Shown: positions 20,398 through 31,143, counted from the stretch's first letter. The stretch is DNA of 64,000 nt from Candidatus Yonathbacteria bacterium RIFCSPLOWO2_01_FULL_47_33b (GCA_001823575.1 MHUW01000007.1:24223-88222), one strand, 5' to 3'. Numbers and translations: made by a program. The notes: a model not told the origin generated them from the sequence alone.

Positions 20398-20439
20398 ATT
20401 ATCACAGAGTTGTATCTATAGATACAACTCTGTGATAAT
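20398..20439. repeat. 42-bp perfect palindrome upstream of PaaX/Cas2-like gene
   Basis: ATTATCACAGAGTTGTATCTA|TAGATACAACTCTGTGATAAT; 36-bp core identical to 19785-19820. Confidence 0.95.
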
Positions 20440-20469
20440 TATCGATACTTAAATATTGATGTATAACCT

Positions 20470-21720
20470 CTACGCGGAAAGATGCCGCACGGGGATTTCT
20501 TTCGGACTCGTATTTTCAGGTGCACGATAGTTATGAATGCGTAATTTCATGTCTTGCAATGCATTCATGTACGCGATAAATGCTTCGTATGGCGTGTTGT
20601 AAGGGTTGAAGTATTTATGCACATCGCCGTCGTTGAACCACTTGGTACACATATAATAAAAGTGGTCCGAGGTCTGCAAACGGCGCCAGTCGTCGATAAG
20701 GCGCACGTCATCGGTTGCAAGAACGTCGTCTTCCATACTGTAGACGCTTTGTATTGCATCGTGCTGCATGGCATTCGAGAGCCATGCGGAGAGATCGCGC
20801 TCGACATCCGCCCATGACATGTAGTTATGCACATCAAGCTCCGCAATCGGCTCATAGCGTTCTATTGCTTCCGACGGAGTAATGAAATCATTGTCAGGGT
20901 GCTTATAAATTTCCTCAGGTAAATGACGAAGGAAATTAAAGATACCCGTGTCCTCCCATTGGTGCTCACCAAATGTCTCATAGTCCATAAAGAGATTGAT
21001 GACCTGGCCGTTGCCGTTAACCTGTGATGCCCATTGCGCAAACTTGGGCGCCGTCAAAGGAAAATCTGCCCAATCTTTTGATGAAAAGCGAAATGCGATG
21101 TCGTCTGAGAGGCGATAATTTTTGAGAAGGAGTTTGATGTTCTCGGTTCCCTGAGGACGATAAAGGAAATTAGGACTTCTCCAGCCGAGCACATGGTCAG
21201 CCCCCTCGGCGATAATCCCCTTGTACCCCATCTTTTCTACTTCATGTGCGAGCGCGTTGTTATAAATGAGCTCGGTGTTGCGGAAAACCGTCGGCGTGAC
21301 GCCAAAAAGTTCTTGTACTTTTGCACGATGCATCGCGACCTGACGTCGAAACTCTTCGGGTGAATACAAAAACGAAAGCGAGTGGTAATACGTCTCTTCA
21401 AGCACTTCCGCACGACCCGTTGCCACCAGTTTCTGAAATGATTCGAGCGTCTCAGGGCTAAACATCTCAAGTTGCTCAAGAAAAACTCCTGAAAAAGAAA
21501 AGCTGATTTTGAATTCAGGATATTTGTTGAGGAGCTCAAGGAGAACTGCATTAGCGGGGAGATAGCACTTCCCTGCTACTTTGTGCAAAATCTTTTTATT
21601 ATTGATCGAGCGGTCAGAGTCGTCGTTAAAGTATTCGCTATCACGACCAACATCAAACACGCGGTAATCTTTTACGCGAAATGGTTGGTGTACTTGAAAA
21701 TAAAAACAGATTGATGCCAT
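20470..21720 (-). CDS. glycoside hydrolase family 57 (alpha-amylase-like)
   Basis: FQVHQP, ETYYHSL, FRNTELIY, MDYETFGEH, LQTSDHFYYM. Confidence 0.92.
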   Translation of the reverse strand: MASICFYFQVHQPFRVKDYRVFDVGRDSEYFNDDSDRSINNKKILHKVAGKCYLPANAVLLELLNKYPEFKISFSFSGVFLEQLEMFSPETLESFQKLVATGRAEVLEETYYHSLSFLYSPEEFRRQVAMHRAKVQELFGVTPTVFRNTELIYNNALAHEVEKMGYKGIIAEGADHVLGWRSPNFLYRPQGTENIKLLLKNYRLSDDIAFRFSSKDWADFPLTAPKFAQWASQVNGNGQVINLFMDYETFGEHQWEDTGIFNFLRHLPEEIYKHPDNDFITPSEAIERYEPIAELDVHNYMSWADVERDLSAWLSNAMQHDAIQSVYSMEDDVLATDDVRLIDDWRRLQTSDHFYYMCTKWFNDGDVHKYFNPYNTPYEAFIAYMNALQDMKLRIHNYRAPENTSPKEIPVRHLSA

Positions 21721-21723
21721 ATG

Positions 21724-21758
21724 GGTAGTTAATAGCTGGTAGTCATTAGCCAATAGGA
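21724..21758. repeat. degenerate heptamer tandem array
   Basis: GGTAGTT AATAGCT GGTAGTC ATTAGCC AATAGGA. Confidence 0.5.
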
Positions 21759-21776
21759 AATACAGAACACATTATA

Positions 21777-23009
21777 TCAGATTACGCGCACTTCAGGTGG
21801 CACTCCGCAATCACAAATGAGTTTTGCGTAATAATCAATACACTTTTTGCTGGATGCGTCCCAGGTAACCTTTTTTACTTCCTCACGACTGTTGCTCCAA
21901 AGTGTTTGCCAGAGAGAGCGATGTGACACCACCCCGAGAATCTTGTTCGCCATATCATCGGTATCCCAAAAGTCCGTTTTAAGTGCGTGCGTCAGAACTT
22001 CGGCGACGCCTGATTGCTTTGAGATAAGCACGGGCGCACCGGCAATGATTGACTCGAGTGGGGTAATACCAAAAGGCTCAGAAACCGACGGCATCACAAA
22101 GAGGTCTGCAGCACGATACACAGCACTGAGGTCGTCGCCACGAAGAAAGCCGACGAACATTACGTTGCTCGATATGCCGAGGTGCGCCGCCTCAAGCATC
22201 ATTTGTCGCTCCATATCTCCGCTCCCCGCGACAAGAAACAGTACGTTAGGATTGTGCTCAAGAACGCGTTTTGCCGCGCGAATAAAATACTCAGGCCCTT
22301 TTTGGATAGTGATGCGACCTGCAAAGAGTACAATTTTTTGCCCATTCTTTTTTAGTTCAGAAAGTCTATCTGGAATATCCGCATAGTCACATTCATCAAT
22401 GCCGTTATGTACTACTTCGATTTTTCCCGGAGAGATACCGTAGTGTTTGATAATTTTTTCTTTCGTAAAATTAGAAACGGCTATGATGCCGTCGGCATAT
22501 TCCATTGCCATTTTTTCGATGTCATAGACATCTTGGTTGACCCCCTGCCCTCCCGTGCGGTCAAACTCTGTCGCGTGCACGTGAAGAACAAGGGGTTTGC
22601 CAGAAACTTTTTTAGCTTCGACTCCCGCAAGAAACGAAAGCCAGTCGTGCGCATGAATAACATCAAAGTGTTCTTTTTTTGCAATCTCGCGTGCACGGAG
22701 AGCATAGCGGCGAACCTCTTGAAGAAGCGTATTGCCATAGATATCAGAGATCATTTTGTCACGCTCACGCACATAACCATCAGAAGTAACGTATGGTTTA
22801 AGGTTTGACTCGATCTCGTGGAACTTCACCTTGCGCGTATCAGCAAAAAGAATGTTCATAAACGACGCAGAGACACCAACCTTTTTAGGAAGCACGAAAA
22901 GGACATCGATTTGTCGGTTGGCGAGCGCGCGCGTCAACCCAAAACACGCCGTGCCAAGGCCGCCGCTGTTGTGAGGGGGAAATTCCCAGCCGAACATAAG
23001 TACGCGCAT
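21777..23009 (-). CDS. glycosyltransferase family 4 (glycogen synthase-like)
   Basis: MFGWEFPPHNSGGLG, HAHDW, PSVSEPFGITPLE. Confidence 0.92.
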   Translation of the reverse strand: MRVLMFGWEFPPHNSGGLGTACFGLTRALANRQIDVLFVLPKKVGVSASFMNILFADTRKVKFHEIESNLKPYVTSDGYVRERDKMISDIYGNTLLQEVRRYALRAREIAKKEHFDVIHAHDWLSFLAGVEAKKVSGKPLVLHVHATEFDRTGGQGVNQDVYDIEKMAMEYADGIIAVSNFTKEKIIKHYGISPGKIEVVHNGIDECDYADIPDRLSELKKNGQKIVLFAGRITIQKGPEYFIRAAKRVLEHNPNVLFLVAGSGDMERQMMLEAAHLGISSNVMFVGFLRGDDLSAVYRAADLFVMPSVSEPFGITPLESIIAGAPVLISKQSGVAEVLTHALKTDFWDTDDMANKILGVVSHRSLWQTLWSNSREEVKKVTWDASSKKCIDYYAKLICDCGVPPEVRVI

Positions 23010-23150
23010 AATTAATGTAAAGTATTCATGCGCATTATATCATGACACTGCAAGAAACATGAAAAGAATATGGGGATAACTCACGGAATCAAGACGCCCG
23101 CATGGTATACTAGTGACAGGTCGAGGAATAACCTAAATAATTTTAATATT

Positions 23151-23342
23151 ATGCTGAATAATCACGTATACAATCTCCTTCTTCAGGCGACACAGGAACA
23201 CAAGAGCCTCTGGCGTATCAAGGATTCATACAAAAAAGATGCTGACGGCTGTGCTGAATGCACTGCTTTCTGGGAGAAGGTGGAAAAAGACAAGGAAGGC
23301 CATGTCGGCGAACTCGAAGAGATGATCAAAAAGCATCTCTAA
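23151..23342 (+). CDS. small helical, possibly ferritin-like protein with CxxC
   Basis: YNLLLQATQEHKSLWRIKDSYKKDADGCAEC...H; terminator 23358-23403. Confidence 0.65.
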   Translation: MLNNHVYNLLLQATQEHKSLWRIKDSYKKDADGCAECTAFWEKVEKDKEGHVGELEEMIKKHL

Positions 23343-23357
23343 GAGACTTTAGATAAC

Positions 23358-23403
23358 GTGCTCAACAAAAAACCGCAGCAAAGGCGGTTTTTTGTTGAGC
23401 ACT
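23358..23403. terminator. intrinsic terminator
   Basis: GTGCTCAACAAAAAACCGC...GCGGTTTTTTGTTGAGCAC. Confidence 0.75.
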
Positions 23404-23442
23404 TGCATTTGTATATCAAATATGGTATAATTGTATCTATCT

Positions 23443-24162
23443 ATGACTCCTGAGCCAATCGAATTTCCTGCACGCATCAACAAATACCTCGCCTACAAGG
23501 GCTTTTCCACGCGTCGCGGGGCCGACGAGCTCATTGAAAAGGGTCTTATCAAAATAAACGGTAAGGTTGCCAAGCTTGGCGACCAAGTAAACGAAGACGA
23601 TCTCGTTGAGGTCGCAGAAAAAGTCCTCACGCAGAACGCTCTTCGCCATCGCTATATCGCCTACCACAAACCACGAGGGGTATCGACTGACGCACAAGAA
23701 GGCTCCCGCGCTATTATGTCAGAGCTCCCCGCACTCCGTGGTCTCTTCCCTCTTGGTCGTCTCGACAAGGATTCTCATGGACTCATCCTCCTTACGAACG
23801 ATGGTCGTCTCACCGAGCGCCTCCTTCATCCTTCACGTATGCACGAAAAGGAATACCTTGTGCGCACAGACAAGCCAGTGTCTGATACCTTTGTTCGTCA
23901 CATGGAGCGCGGTATTTTAATTGAGGATTACAAAACAAAGCCTGCAAAAGCACGCCGTGCAGGAGAAACTATTTTTTATATCACTCTCGTTGAGGGCAAG
24001 AAGCATCAGATTCGCCGCATGTGTGCCGCTGAGGGATACCGAGTACTCGAGCTCACTCGTGTGCGCATCATGAATGTCAAACTTGGTGACCTTAAGGACG
24101 GAGCCTATCGTGACCTCACTAAAGAAGAACTCTCCATTCTCCTGAAAGACATCGGTCTCTAG
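23443..24162 (+). CDS. rRNA pseudouridine synthase (RsuA/RluB/RluF family)
   Basis: S4 domain, GRLDKDSHGL, LTNDG, EKEY, EGKKHQIRRM. Confidence 0.93.
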   Translation: MTPEPIEFPARINKYLAYKGFSTRRGADELIEKGLIKINGKVAKLGDQVNEDDLVEVAEKVLTQNALRHRYIAYHKPRGVSTDAQEGSRAIMSELPALRGLFPLGRLDKDSHGLILLTNDGRLTERLLHPSRMHEKEYLVRTDKPVSDTFVRHMERGILIEDYKTKPAKARRAGETIFYITLVEGKKHQIRRMCAAEGYRVLELTRVRIMNVKLGDLKDGAYRDLTKEELSILLKDIGL

Positions 24163-24506
24163 TAAAAATAATTAGAAAAGACTATCCCGCCGACGATAGT
24201 AGTCCCCAAGGCTACCATGAATACAAATCCGCTCATGAGGTCTTTGATTTTGCCAATTACCGGGTCAGTGTTCGGCTCTACTTTATTGCAAAGGTCCTCA
24301 ATAGCGGTATTAACCATTTCGGACGCAAGAACCGCCGTGACGCACCCAGCGATAATAACCCAATCAAGTTTCCCAAAACCAAGATACGTGCCACTTACCA
24401 CCACAACAAAGGCAACCACAACTTCAATACGAAAGTTGATTTCTTCTCGCCATGCGGTACGAAGTCCGCTCATTGCCCATCCAAAACTTTTCATCGTTCT
24501 GTTCAT
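24159..24506 (-). CDS. dgkA: diacylglycerol/undecaprenol kinase
   Basis: EINFR, EMVNTAIEDLCN, KIKD. Confidence 0.88.
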   Translation of the reverse strand: MNRTMKSFGWAMSGLRTAWREEINFRIEVVVAFVVVVSGTYLGFGKLDWVIIAGCVTAVLASEMVNTAIEDLCNKVEPNTDPVIGKIKDLMSGFVFMVALGTTIVGGIVFSNYFY

Positions 24507-24514
24507 TATTTTTA

Positions 24515-27193
24515 TTATACCATTTTAATATTCCTGCGGTAAAAGAATTTGCGTATTTCTTCGACGAAAATAATGGACGAAGCGATGGCAATAATGACAA
24601 ACCACTCCTCGCGCCCTAACGGCACCGTGTGCATAAGCTTTTGTGCAACAGGGTTATACAACACGAGCATCTGGAGCGAAATTACCACCAAGGTTGCGCC
24701 AACCAGAAATTTATTTGAAAAAGGATTCATTTGGAATATCGAGCGGTCTTCAGAACGACAGTTCCATGCATTGAACCACTGAAAGACCGCGAGGAGCGTG
24801 AGCGAAACCGTCCATGCTTTTACGAGGTCAGTTTCAAAATAGCCTTTGAATAAGTACAGTGTACCCACCGCCATAGGTACTGCCATCAAAAACATACGCC
24901 ATGCCATAAGTTTATCCACAAGATATTTTTTTGGTCGCTCAAATTTGCGACGGAGGAGGCCTTGCTCTTTTGGCTCCATAGCAAGCGCGGTATCCAGGAA
25001 TCCATCAGTCACAAAATTGAGCCAGATAATCTGTGCGGGCAAAAGAGGTAGCGGGTATGCAAGGAGGAGTGCGCCGACAATAGTGAGTACTTCACCAACA
25101 CTTGTTGAGAACAAATACAAAATCACTTTTTTGATGGTCTTGTAAATATTCCTCCCTTCCTCAATAGCAGCAACAATGCTCCCAAAATTATCATCAAGAA
25201 GCACAATGTCCGATGCTTCCTTGGCGACCTCGGTCCCTATTTTCCCCATCGACACGCCAAGGTTTGCAGCCGAAAGCGATGGTGCGTCATTAACCCCGTC
25301 GCCTGTCATCGCAATAATCTCACCGCGCGCTTTATAGGCATTAACGATACGTAGTTTATGTTCTGGGCTAACCCGCGCAAAGACTGATACCTGTGCGAGC
25401 TTTTCAGAAAGTTCGGTATCTGAAAATCCATCAATCTCTTCACCCGTTAGCACCCCGTCACCTTCGCAAAAAATACCCGCTTCTTTTGCTATTGCTTGCG
25501 CTGTTATTACATGATCGCCGGTAATCATTACGACGCGCACGCCCGCTTCTTTTGCGGTAGTCATTGCCTCACGTACCTCAGAGCGGAGGGGGTCCTTCAT
25601 GGCAAAAAAGCCAACAAACGTGAGGTCGGGTAATGCATCCGTATGAAGTGTTTCTTGTGTATGAGTAGATACCGCTACGGCCAGAACGCGGAGACCTTCC
25701 CCTGAAAGTGTTGAGAAGAGTTCGTGGAGTTTTTGTTTCTCTTCTCTCGACAAAACCTGTCCGTTTCCATCGCTATATATTTTTTGTGTATAACCAAGGA
25801 TAACCTCGGGTGCGCCGACAACCGTGGAAAATATTTCATTGCCGACACGATGCGAGGTTGCATGATACTTGAGGTGATAGTCAAAAGGTATTTCTGCAAC
25901 CATGGGTTGCTCCTGCTCCAAAACATCTTTATGAAACCCGAGCTTGCGTGCGAGTACCAGCATTGCAGCCTCGGTCGGATCACCGGCAACACGCCAGGTA
26001 CAATCTACTTCAGAAAACAGCACTCGTGCATTTGCACAAAAAGCAGCAACCTTACCCATAAGGAGGAGCTCGGGATGATTTGCAGGGTCAACAACTACGC
26101 CCTCGCGACGTACATTCCCTTCCGAACCATACCCAATACCCTCAATTTCAAACACTGTGCCGTCAACGTACACCTTTTGAATCGTCATTTCATTTTGCGT
26201 GACGGTACCGGTCTTGTCTACTGCTATTACGCTCACCTGTCCGAGCGCCTCCACCGCATGCATTTTTTTCACGAGGGCGTTCCGCTTACTCATACGCCAT
26301 ACTCCTGTTGCGAGCACGAGTGTCATCACGATAGGCAACCCCTCGGGGATAATAGAAACCGAGAGAGATACGACGGTGGCAAACATTTCTTTCAAAGGTT
26401 TGCCCTGCAAAAATCCTAGCAAAAAGAGTAGAGCACTTATGCCCAGAACCACCACAATGATACCACGCGACAGATTCCGAATATTGTCCTTGAGCGGAAT
26501 CTCAGTATCAATAGCGGCAACCTCTCGAGCAATCTGTCCAACAACCGTACTCATCCCCACCGCCACAACAACCGCGCGACCATTGCCGCCAACAATATGC
26601 GTTCCTTTGAACACCATATTTTTCTGATCAAGTGTAGAAAGATTTGTTTGTGCAATAGTATCTGCAATTTTATGTACAGGCTCTGACTCGCCCGTCAACG
26701 CTGCTTCATCGAGATTGAGCGTGTTCGAAATGATGATACGCGCATCAGCGGGAACCTTTTCTCCCTCAAATAACATAATGATGTCCCCCGAAACAATCTC
26801 AGAATCTGGAATAATAAGCTCACGTCCATCACGCACAACGGTAGCCTTGGTCTCTACAAACCGTCGCAACGCGCGAAGCGTATTTTGCGCACGACCCTCT
26901 TGTATCGTTCCAACAATCGCATTAAAAAAGAGCACCGCAAGAATGATTAAGCCATCGACTACTTCACCTATCACAAACACCGTAGCGCTTGCCGCAAGGA
27001 GGATATAAATAAGCGGGCTCTGAAATTGGCGCAAAAAAACAACCACCAAGCTATCAGTTTTGGGTTCTGGTAATTTATTAAGCGTGCCTTCTTGCAGGCG
27101 CCGAAGAACATCTTCTTCACTCAAGCCCTCATCAGAGGTGCGCAAAAGCGCAAGTACTTCAGGGATTGTTTTTGTATACCAATTGTCTTTCAT
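24515..27193 (-). CDS. P-type cation (Ca2+-like, P2A) ATPase
   Basis: TGES, IPEGL, DKTGT, MITGD, TGDGVNDAP. Confidence 0.93.
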   Translation of the reverse strand: MKDNWYTKTIPEVLALLRTSDEGLSEEDVLRRLQEGTLNKLPEPKTDSLVVVFLRQFQSPLIYILLAASATVFVIGEVVDGLIILAVLFFNAIVGTIQEGRAQNTLRALRRFVETKATVVRDGRELIIPDSEIVSGDIIMLFEGEKVPADARIIISNTLNLDEAALTGESEPVHKIADTIAQTNLSTLDQKNMVFKGTHIVGGNGRAVVVAVGMSTVVGQIAREVAAIDTEIPLKDNIRNLSRGIIVVVLGISALLFLLGFLQGKPLKEMFATVVSLSVSIIPEGLPIVMTLVLATGVWRMSKRNALVKKMHAVEALGQVSVIAVDKTGTVTQNEMTIQKVYVDGTVFEIEGIGYGSEGNVRREGVVVDPANHPELLLMGKVAAFCANARVLFSEVDCTWRVAGDPTEAAMLVLARKLGFHKDVLEQEQPMVAEIPFDYHLKYHATSHRVGNEIFSTVVGAPEVILGYTQKIYSDGNGQVLSREEKQKLHELFSTLSGEGLRVLAVAVSTHTQETLHTDALPDLTFVGFFAMKDPLRSEVREAMTTAKEAGVRVVMITGDHVITAQAIAKEAGIFCEGDGVLTGEEIDGFSDTELSEKLAQVSVFARVSPEHKLRIVNAYKARGEIIAMTGDGVNDAPSLSAANLGVSMGKIGTEVAKEASDIVLLDDNFGSIVAAIEEGRNIYKTIKKVILYLFSTSVGEVLTIVGALLLAYPLPLLPAQIIWLNFVTDGFLDTALAMEPKEQGLLRRKFERPKKYLVDKLMAWRMFLMAVPMAVGTLYLFKGYFETDLVKAWTVSLTLLAVFQWFNAWNCRSEDRSIFQMNPFSNKFLVGATLVVISLQMLVLYNPVAQKLMHTVPLGREEWFVIIAIASSIIFVEEIRKFFYRRNIKMV

Positions 27194-27195
27194 GT

Positions 27196-27819
27196 TTATG
27201 TTCGTTTAAAATACCAATACACGATGGCACTCAAAATCGCTGCAAAGAAACACCAAGTAGAAGCGAATGCTGCGGTGTAAAAATAGTACGCCGCTGCAAA
27301 GGATAGTAATACTAGGGTACCAAATATATTGAGTATTTTATTACTCGAAAAAAAGAAGCTTACTGAAGTTGCAAGCAAGTAGAGACCCATCGTGAAGGCC
27401 CCATACTGTGCCGGTAAAGGATACACAATGCTTTTATTTACCACATGAGCAGTCATAGGATGACTGAGTATAAAATAGAGGAGATATAAACTCACCCCCA
27501 CCCCAAGCCCCAGGAATACCGAGAGTATTTGCTTGCGATGGGGGTCTTTTTCTATCGAGCGTATTGAAAATGGCACAAATGTTGGCCACAGAACATAGGC
27601 AAAAAACACAAATGCATACGTCGCGACCTGACCAAAAAATGGCGTGCCGTAACCAAACGAAAGCCACACCACACCTTCGACAGCTTGCTGAATACCAAAC
27701 AAAAGAGGAATCGCCGCAAAAGGAACCTCGTTTTTTGTCCTGGCTTTTTTAATTGTTACCGCTCCCGTTGCGGACAACACGGCCCCGGCTGCAAAACTTG
27801 CGGTTGCTGAAAAACACAT
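27196..27819 (-). CDS. polytopic membrane protein (MCFSATASF family, DUF6629-like)
   Basis: MCFSATASF N-terminus, QQAVEGVVW, STWCFFAA. Confidence 0.75.
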   Translation of the reverse strand: MCFSATASFAAGAVLSATGAVTIKKARTKNEVPFAAIPLLFGIQQAVEGVVWLSFGYGTPFFGQVATYAFVFFAYVLWPTFVPFSIRSIEKDPHRKQILSVFLGLGVGVSLYLLYFILSHPMTAHVVNKSIVYPLPAQYGAFTMGLYLLATSVSFFFSSNKILNIFGTLVLLSFAAAYYFYTAAFASTWCFFAAILSAIVYWYFKRT

Positions 27820-27852
27820 ATTGAATATTGTAGCACAATCAATCGCGCTATT

Positions 27853-30030
27853 TTACAAACTAATAATCTGCCTCCTAAGGAGGAGCGCATTAAACGCTAC
27901 AATCACCGTAGATACACTCATGAGCACGGCTGCCACCGCAGGTTCGAGCACGATACCTCGCGAAGCAAGCACTCCCGCAGCAAGCGGTATCGCAAGAATG
28001 TTGTACCCCGTTGCCCAAAAAAGATTTTGCATCATTTTTGAATAGGTAAGTTGTGAAAGTTTAATGATTTTGGGAATATCGCGCGGGTCGTTTTTTACGA
28101 GGATGATACCCGCAGACTCAATGGCAACATTAGTTCCCGCACCAATGGCGATACCAAGGTCTGCTTGGGTGAGCGCGGGCGCGTCGTTTATCCCATCCCC
28201 AACCATGGCGACCTTGTTCCCTTTCCCTTGAAGCAGCTTTACCTTCTCAGCTTTTTCGTGAGGAAGCACGCGAGCAAAATATTCATCAATACCAAGCTCG
28301 CGAGCGACCCACGCCGCGACATCGGGCGCATCTCCCGTAATCATTGCGGTGCGTATACCAAGCGAACGCAACACACGAATGGCCTCGCGGGATTCTTCAC
28401 GAATAGTATCGGCAAGAGCAATAGAGCCCATCAAAACGCCATCTGATGCGACAAATATCACCGTCTTACCCTCGTTTTCAAGCGCCCGTGTTTTCCCGAG
28501 TATTTCGTGAGAGACTACTACCTTTGCATCAGCCATAAGCGATTCATTTCCTACTACAGTCATATGACCCGCAATCATGCCACGAGCACCCTTGCCGGGA
28601 ACGCGTTCGAAATCTTTAATATCAGAAAGTTTTTGCCCACGTTTGTGTGATTCAGCGACGATTGCTTTTCCGAGCGGATGTTCGGAACCATAATTCAGCG
28701 ATGCTGCCCTTGAGAGAACCTCGTTCTCGGTAGACGACGGAAGTGCCATAACCGCGTGAACGCCAAACATTCCCAGCGTCAAGGTCCCGGTTTTATCAAA
28801 GAGCACGGTATCAACAGAGCGTGCCACTTCAAGAGCAATGCGCTGCCGTATGAGAAATCCATTTCGTGCTGCCATGGTGGTTGATATCGATGCGACGAGC
28901 GGCACCGCGAGGCCAAGCGCGTGCGGGCAGGTGATCACGAGCACGGCAACAAGTCGTTCGGTTGCGGTTACTATCCCTGCGCCCACCAAAAGCCATACGG
29001 CAAAGGTTGTTGCCCCTACGACAAGGGCAATCATCGTCAAATACAGTGCCGCGCGGTCTGAAATAGCCTGTAGGCGCGACTTTGACGCCTGTGCTTCGGC
29101 AACCAGACGCATTACCCCCGCAAGAAATGTCGCCTCGCCAATCTTGTCTACCCGCACCGTGAGGCTGCCGTCACCATTTATTGAACCGGCAATTACGGTG
29201 TCCCCTATTTTTTTGTTCACGGGCTTAGATTCTCCGGTAATGATCGATTCATTTATCTCAGATTGTCCCTCAACGACGGTTCCGTCAGCGGGGATATTAC
29301 TCCCCGGACGTACCAACACCATATCTCCTGAAACAAGTTCAGAGAGGGTAATCGTTTGCGTTTTTCCATCGCGCAACACCTCGGCCGTGTCAGGTAAAAG
29401 TTTAGCGAGCTCCTTGAGCGCCCCTTGTGCACTCTGCACTGATTTCATTTCAATCCAGTGCCCGAGGAGCATAATGGTGATAAGCGATGCAAGCTCAAAC
29501 AAGAGATCGTGCCCAACGCCCTGCACGATGGAAAAAACGCTGTAGGAATATGCGGCCGTGATCGCAAGAGCGATGAGCGTCATCATCCCAGGAAGCCTTG
29601 CCCGTATCTCGCGGTATGCGCTCGTGAGAAATATCAACCCCGGATAAAAAAAGACAACGCTCGCCAACATGAGCGTGACATACTGATATCCCCAAAACAT
29701 CGTGACATGGATATCAAACACCTCCATCGCCATATCTGAATAAATAAAAATAGGGATGGTAAGCACCAGGGACACCCAGAACTTCACGAGAAATGATGAG
29801 GTTTTGTGTCCAGCATGTTTATCATCTGCCCCGTGTCCCTGCGCGGGCCCTGTTTTCTTTTTCTTGGGAATCAGACTCATTCCGCACTCGGGACACATGC
29901 CTGGCATCGTACGTACGATGTTGGGGTGCATAGGGCACGTATAGGCAGCATCCTCAGAGCCTACTATTTGCGGCACCAACACATCTCCTGATGGTTCTTT
30001 TTTATTATTGGTGCAACATTCGTGACTCAT
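27853..30030 (-). CDS. copper-translocating P1B ATPase (CopB-like)
   Basis: YTCPMHP metal-binding domain, [27 protein letters not shown] and MSxS motifs. Confidence 0.92.
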   Translation of the reverse strand: MSHECCTNNKKEPSGDVLVPQIVGSEDAAYTCPMHPNIVRTMPGMCPECGMSLIPKKKKTGPAQGHGADDKHAGHKTSSFLVKFWVSLVLTIPIFIYSDMAMEVFDIHVTMFWGYQYVTLMLASVVFFYPGLIFLTSAYREIRARLPGMMTLIALAITAAYSYSVFSIVQGVGHDLLFELASLITIMLLGHWIEMKSVQSAQGALKELAKLLPDTAEVLRDGKTQTITLSELVSGDMVLVRPGSNIPADGTVVEGQSEINESIITGESKPVNKKIGDTVIAGSINGDGSLTVRVDKIGEATFLAGVMRLVAEAQASKSRLQAISDRAALYLTMIALVVGATTFAVWLLVGAGIVTATERLVAVLVITCPHALGLAVPLVASISTTMAARNGFLIRQRIALEVARSVDTVLFDKTGTLTLGMFGVHAVMALPSSTENEVLSRAASLNYGSEHPLGKAIVAESHKRGQKLSDIKDFERVPGKGARGMIAGHMTVVGNESLMADAKVVVSHEILGKTRALENEGKTVIFVASDGVLMGSIALADTIREESREAIRVLRSLGIRTAMITGDAPDVAAWVARELGIDEYFARVLPHEKAEKVKLLQGKGNKVAMVGDGINDAPALTQADLGIAIGAGTNVAIESAGIILVKNDPRDIPKIIKLSQLTYSKMMQNLFWATGYNILAIPLAAGVLASRGIVLEPAVAAVLMSVSTVIVAFNALLLRRQIISL

Positions 30031-30039
30031 GATTGTAGA

Positions 30040-30435
30040 TTATGCGGCTGTGTGGCCAAACTCCTCGTCCGCATCGTCGGCATCCGCGTTGGCCTTGGTG
30101 ACATGAATGCGTCCATCAATATGATTTGCGGGAGCATAAACGGTGTACACCTTGAGGGGCTCGCTGCCCGTGTTTATAAAATTATGCTCAGTGCTCGGAG
30201 TAACCACCACCACGTCACCCGCAGAGATATCTGCCTCCACGCCATTCAAAATTGCCTTACCGGTCCCACTCAAAAAGAATAGCGTCTGTTCAACATGCCC
30301 GTGTTTTTCCTGGCCGATTTCGCCCCCAACAGGAATATTCATAACGACAAGCTGGCTTCGGTCGCCGGTAAACACTACTTTACGAAAATTCGTATTCTCT
30401 TCTGTCTCCTTAATAATATTTTTAATGTATGGCAT
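30040..30435 (-). CDS. cupin domain protein
   Basis: SQLVVMNI, EKHGHVEQ, EHNFINTG, LKVYTVYAP. Confidence 0.88.
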   Translation of the reverse strand: MPYIKNIIKETEENTNFRKVVFTGDRSQLVVMNIPVGGEIGQEKHGHVEQTLFFLSGTGKAILNGVEADISAGDVVVVTPSTEHNFINTGSEPLKVYTVYAPANHIDGRIHVTKANADADDADEEFGHTAA

Positions 30436-30469
30436 ATCTTTATAGTATACGAGAACAAACTATTTTTAC

Positions 30470-30865
30470 CTATCGGTTCATAAACGTTATCGTGAGTTGT
30501 AATACCGTCGCAAAAGAAACCCAAGCAAGGTACGGAATATTCGCCAGCGCTGCCCATTTTATATAAGGATAAATAGCGACAAGCGCCCACACGAGCGTTC
30601 CTAGCACGAGCACGATATCAAGGCTCGCGAGGGGGAGATTTTTTAGACCAAACTGTAGTGGCGTAAATGCGAAATTAAAAACAAGGTTCAAAGCAAACGG
30701 AAGAGCAACGATGAATGGGATCTTTTTTATGGCAAATAAATAAAAAACATATCCGTATGAAATAGCAATAACGACATACAGCACCGTCCACACCGGCCCA
30801 AATATCCACGCGGGAGGCGACCATGTTGGCTTCAGAAGCTCCTGATATGATTCGTATGTTTTCAT
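30470..30865 (-). CDS. tspO: TspO/MBR tryptophan-rich sensory protein
   Basis: LKPTWSPPAWIFGPVWTVLY, PYLAWVSFATVL. Confidence 0.9.
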   Translation of the reverse strand: MKTYESYQELLKPTWSPPAWIFGPVWTVLYVVIAISYGYVFYLFAIKKIPFIVALPFALNLVFNFAFTPLQFGLKNLPLASLDIVLVLGTLVWALVAIYPYIKWAALANIPYLAWVSFATVLQLTITFMNR

Positions 30866-30882
30866 ACATTAAGTATACCAAT

Positions 30883-31143
30883 TTATGATGCACAAGTCCC
30901 CAATTTGATGAGCGAAAGTTTCTCTTCCTTACTCAATCTTTTTATCTCACCCTCACGAGCGCGAGACTCGGCAAATGTCTCAACCGTCTCAGAGTATCTC
31001 AAAACTACTGGACGGCGGATTTTGGTATAGTGTGCGCCGCTTTTGAGATGGTTATGTTTATGAAGCCTCTTTTCAAGATCGTTGGTCGACCCAGTATAGA
31101 GCGACCCGTCTGAGCATTCAAGTATGTATACAAAATAAGGCAT
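30883..31143 (-). CDS. GIY-YIG nuclease family (UPF0213)
   Basis: YFVYILECSDGSLYTGSTNDLEKRL..H...GAHYT..RRPV. Confidence 0.9.
   Translation of the reverse strand: MPYFVYILECSDGSLYTGSTNDLEKRLHKHNHLKSGAHYTKIRRPVVLRYSETVETFAESRAREGEIKRLSKEEKLSLIKLGTCAS

Noticed and set aside
19783-20439. CRISPR array / true cas2 locus
   Set aside because: Only two repeats separated by a whole gene, no spacers, no cas1 or effector; the protein has an extra wHTH typical of PaaX-like proteins.
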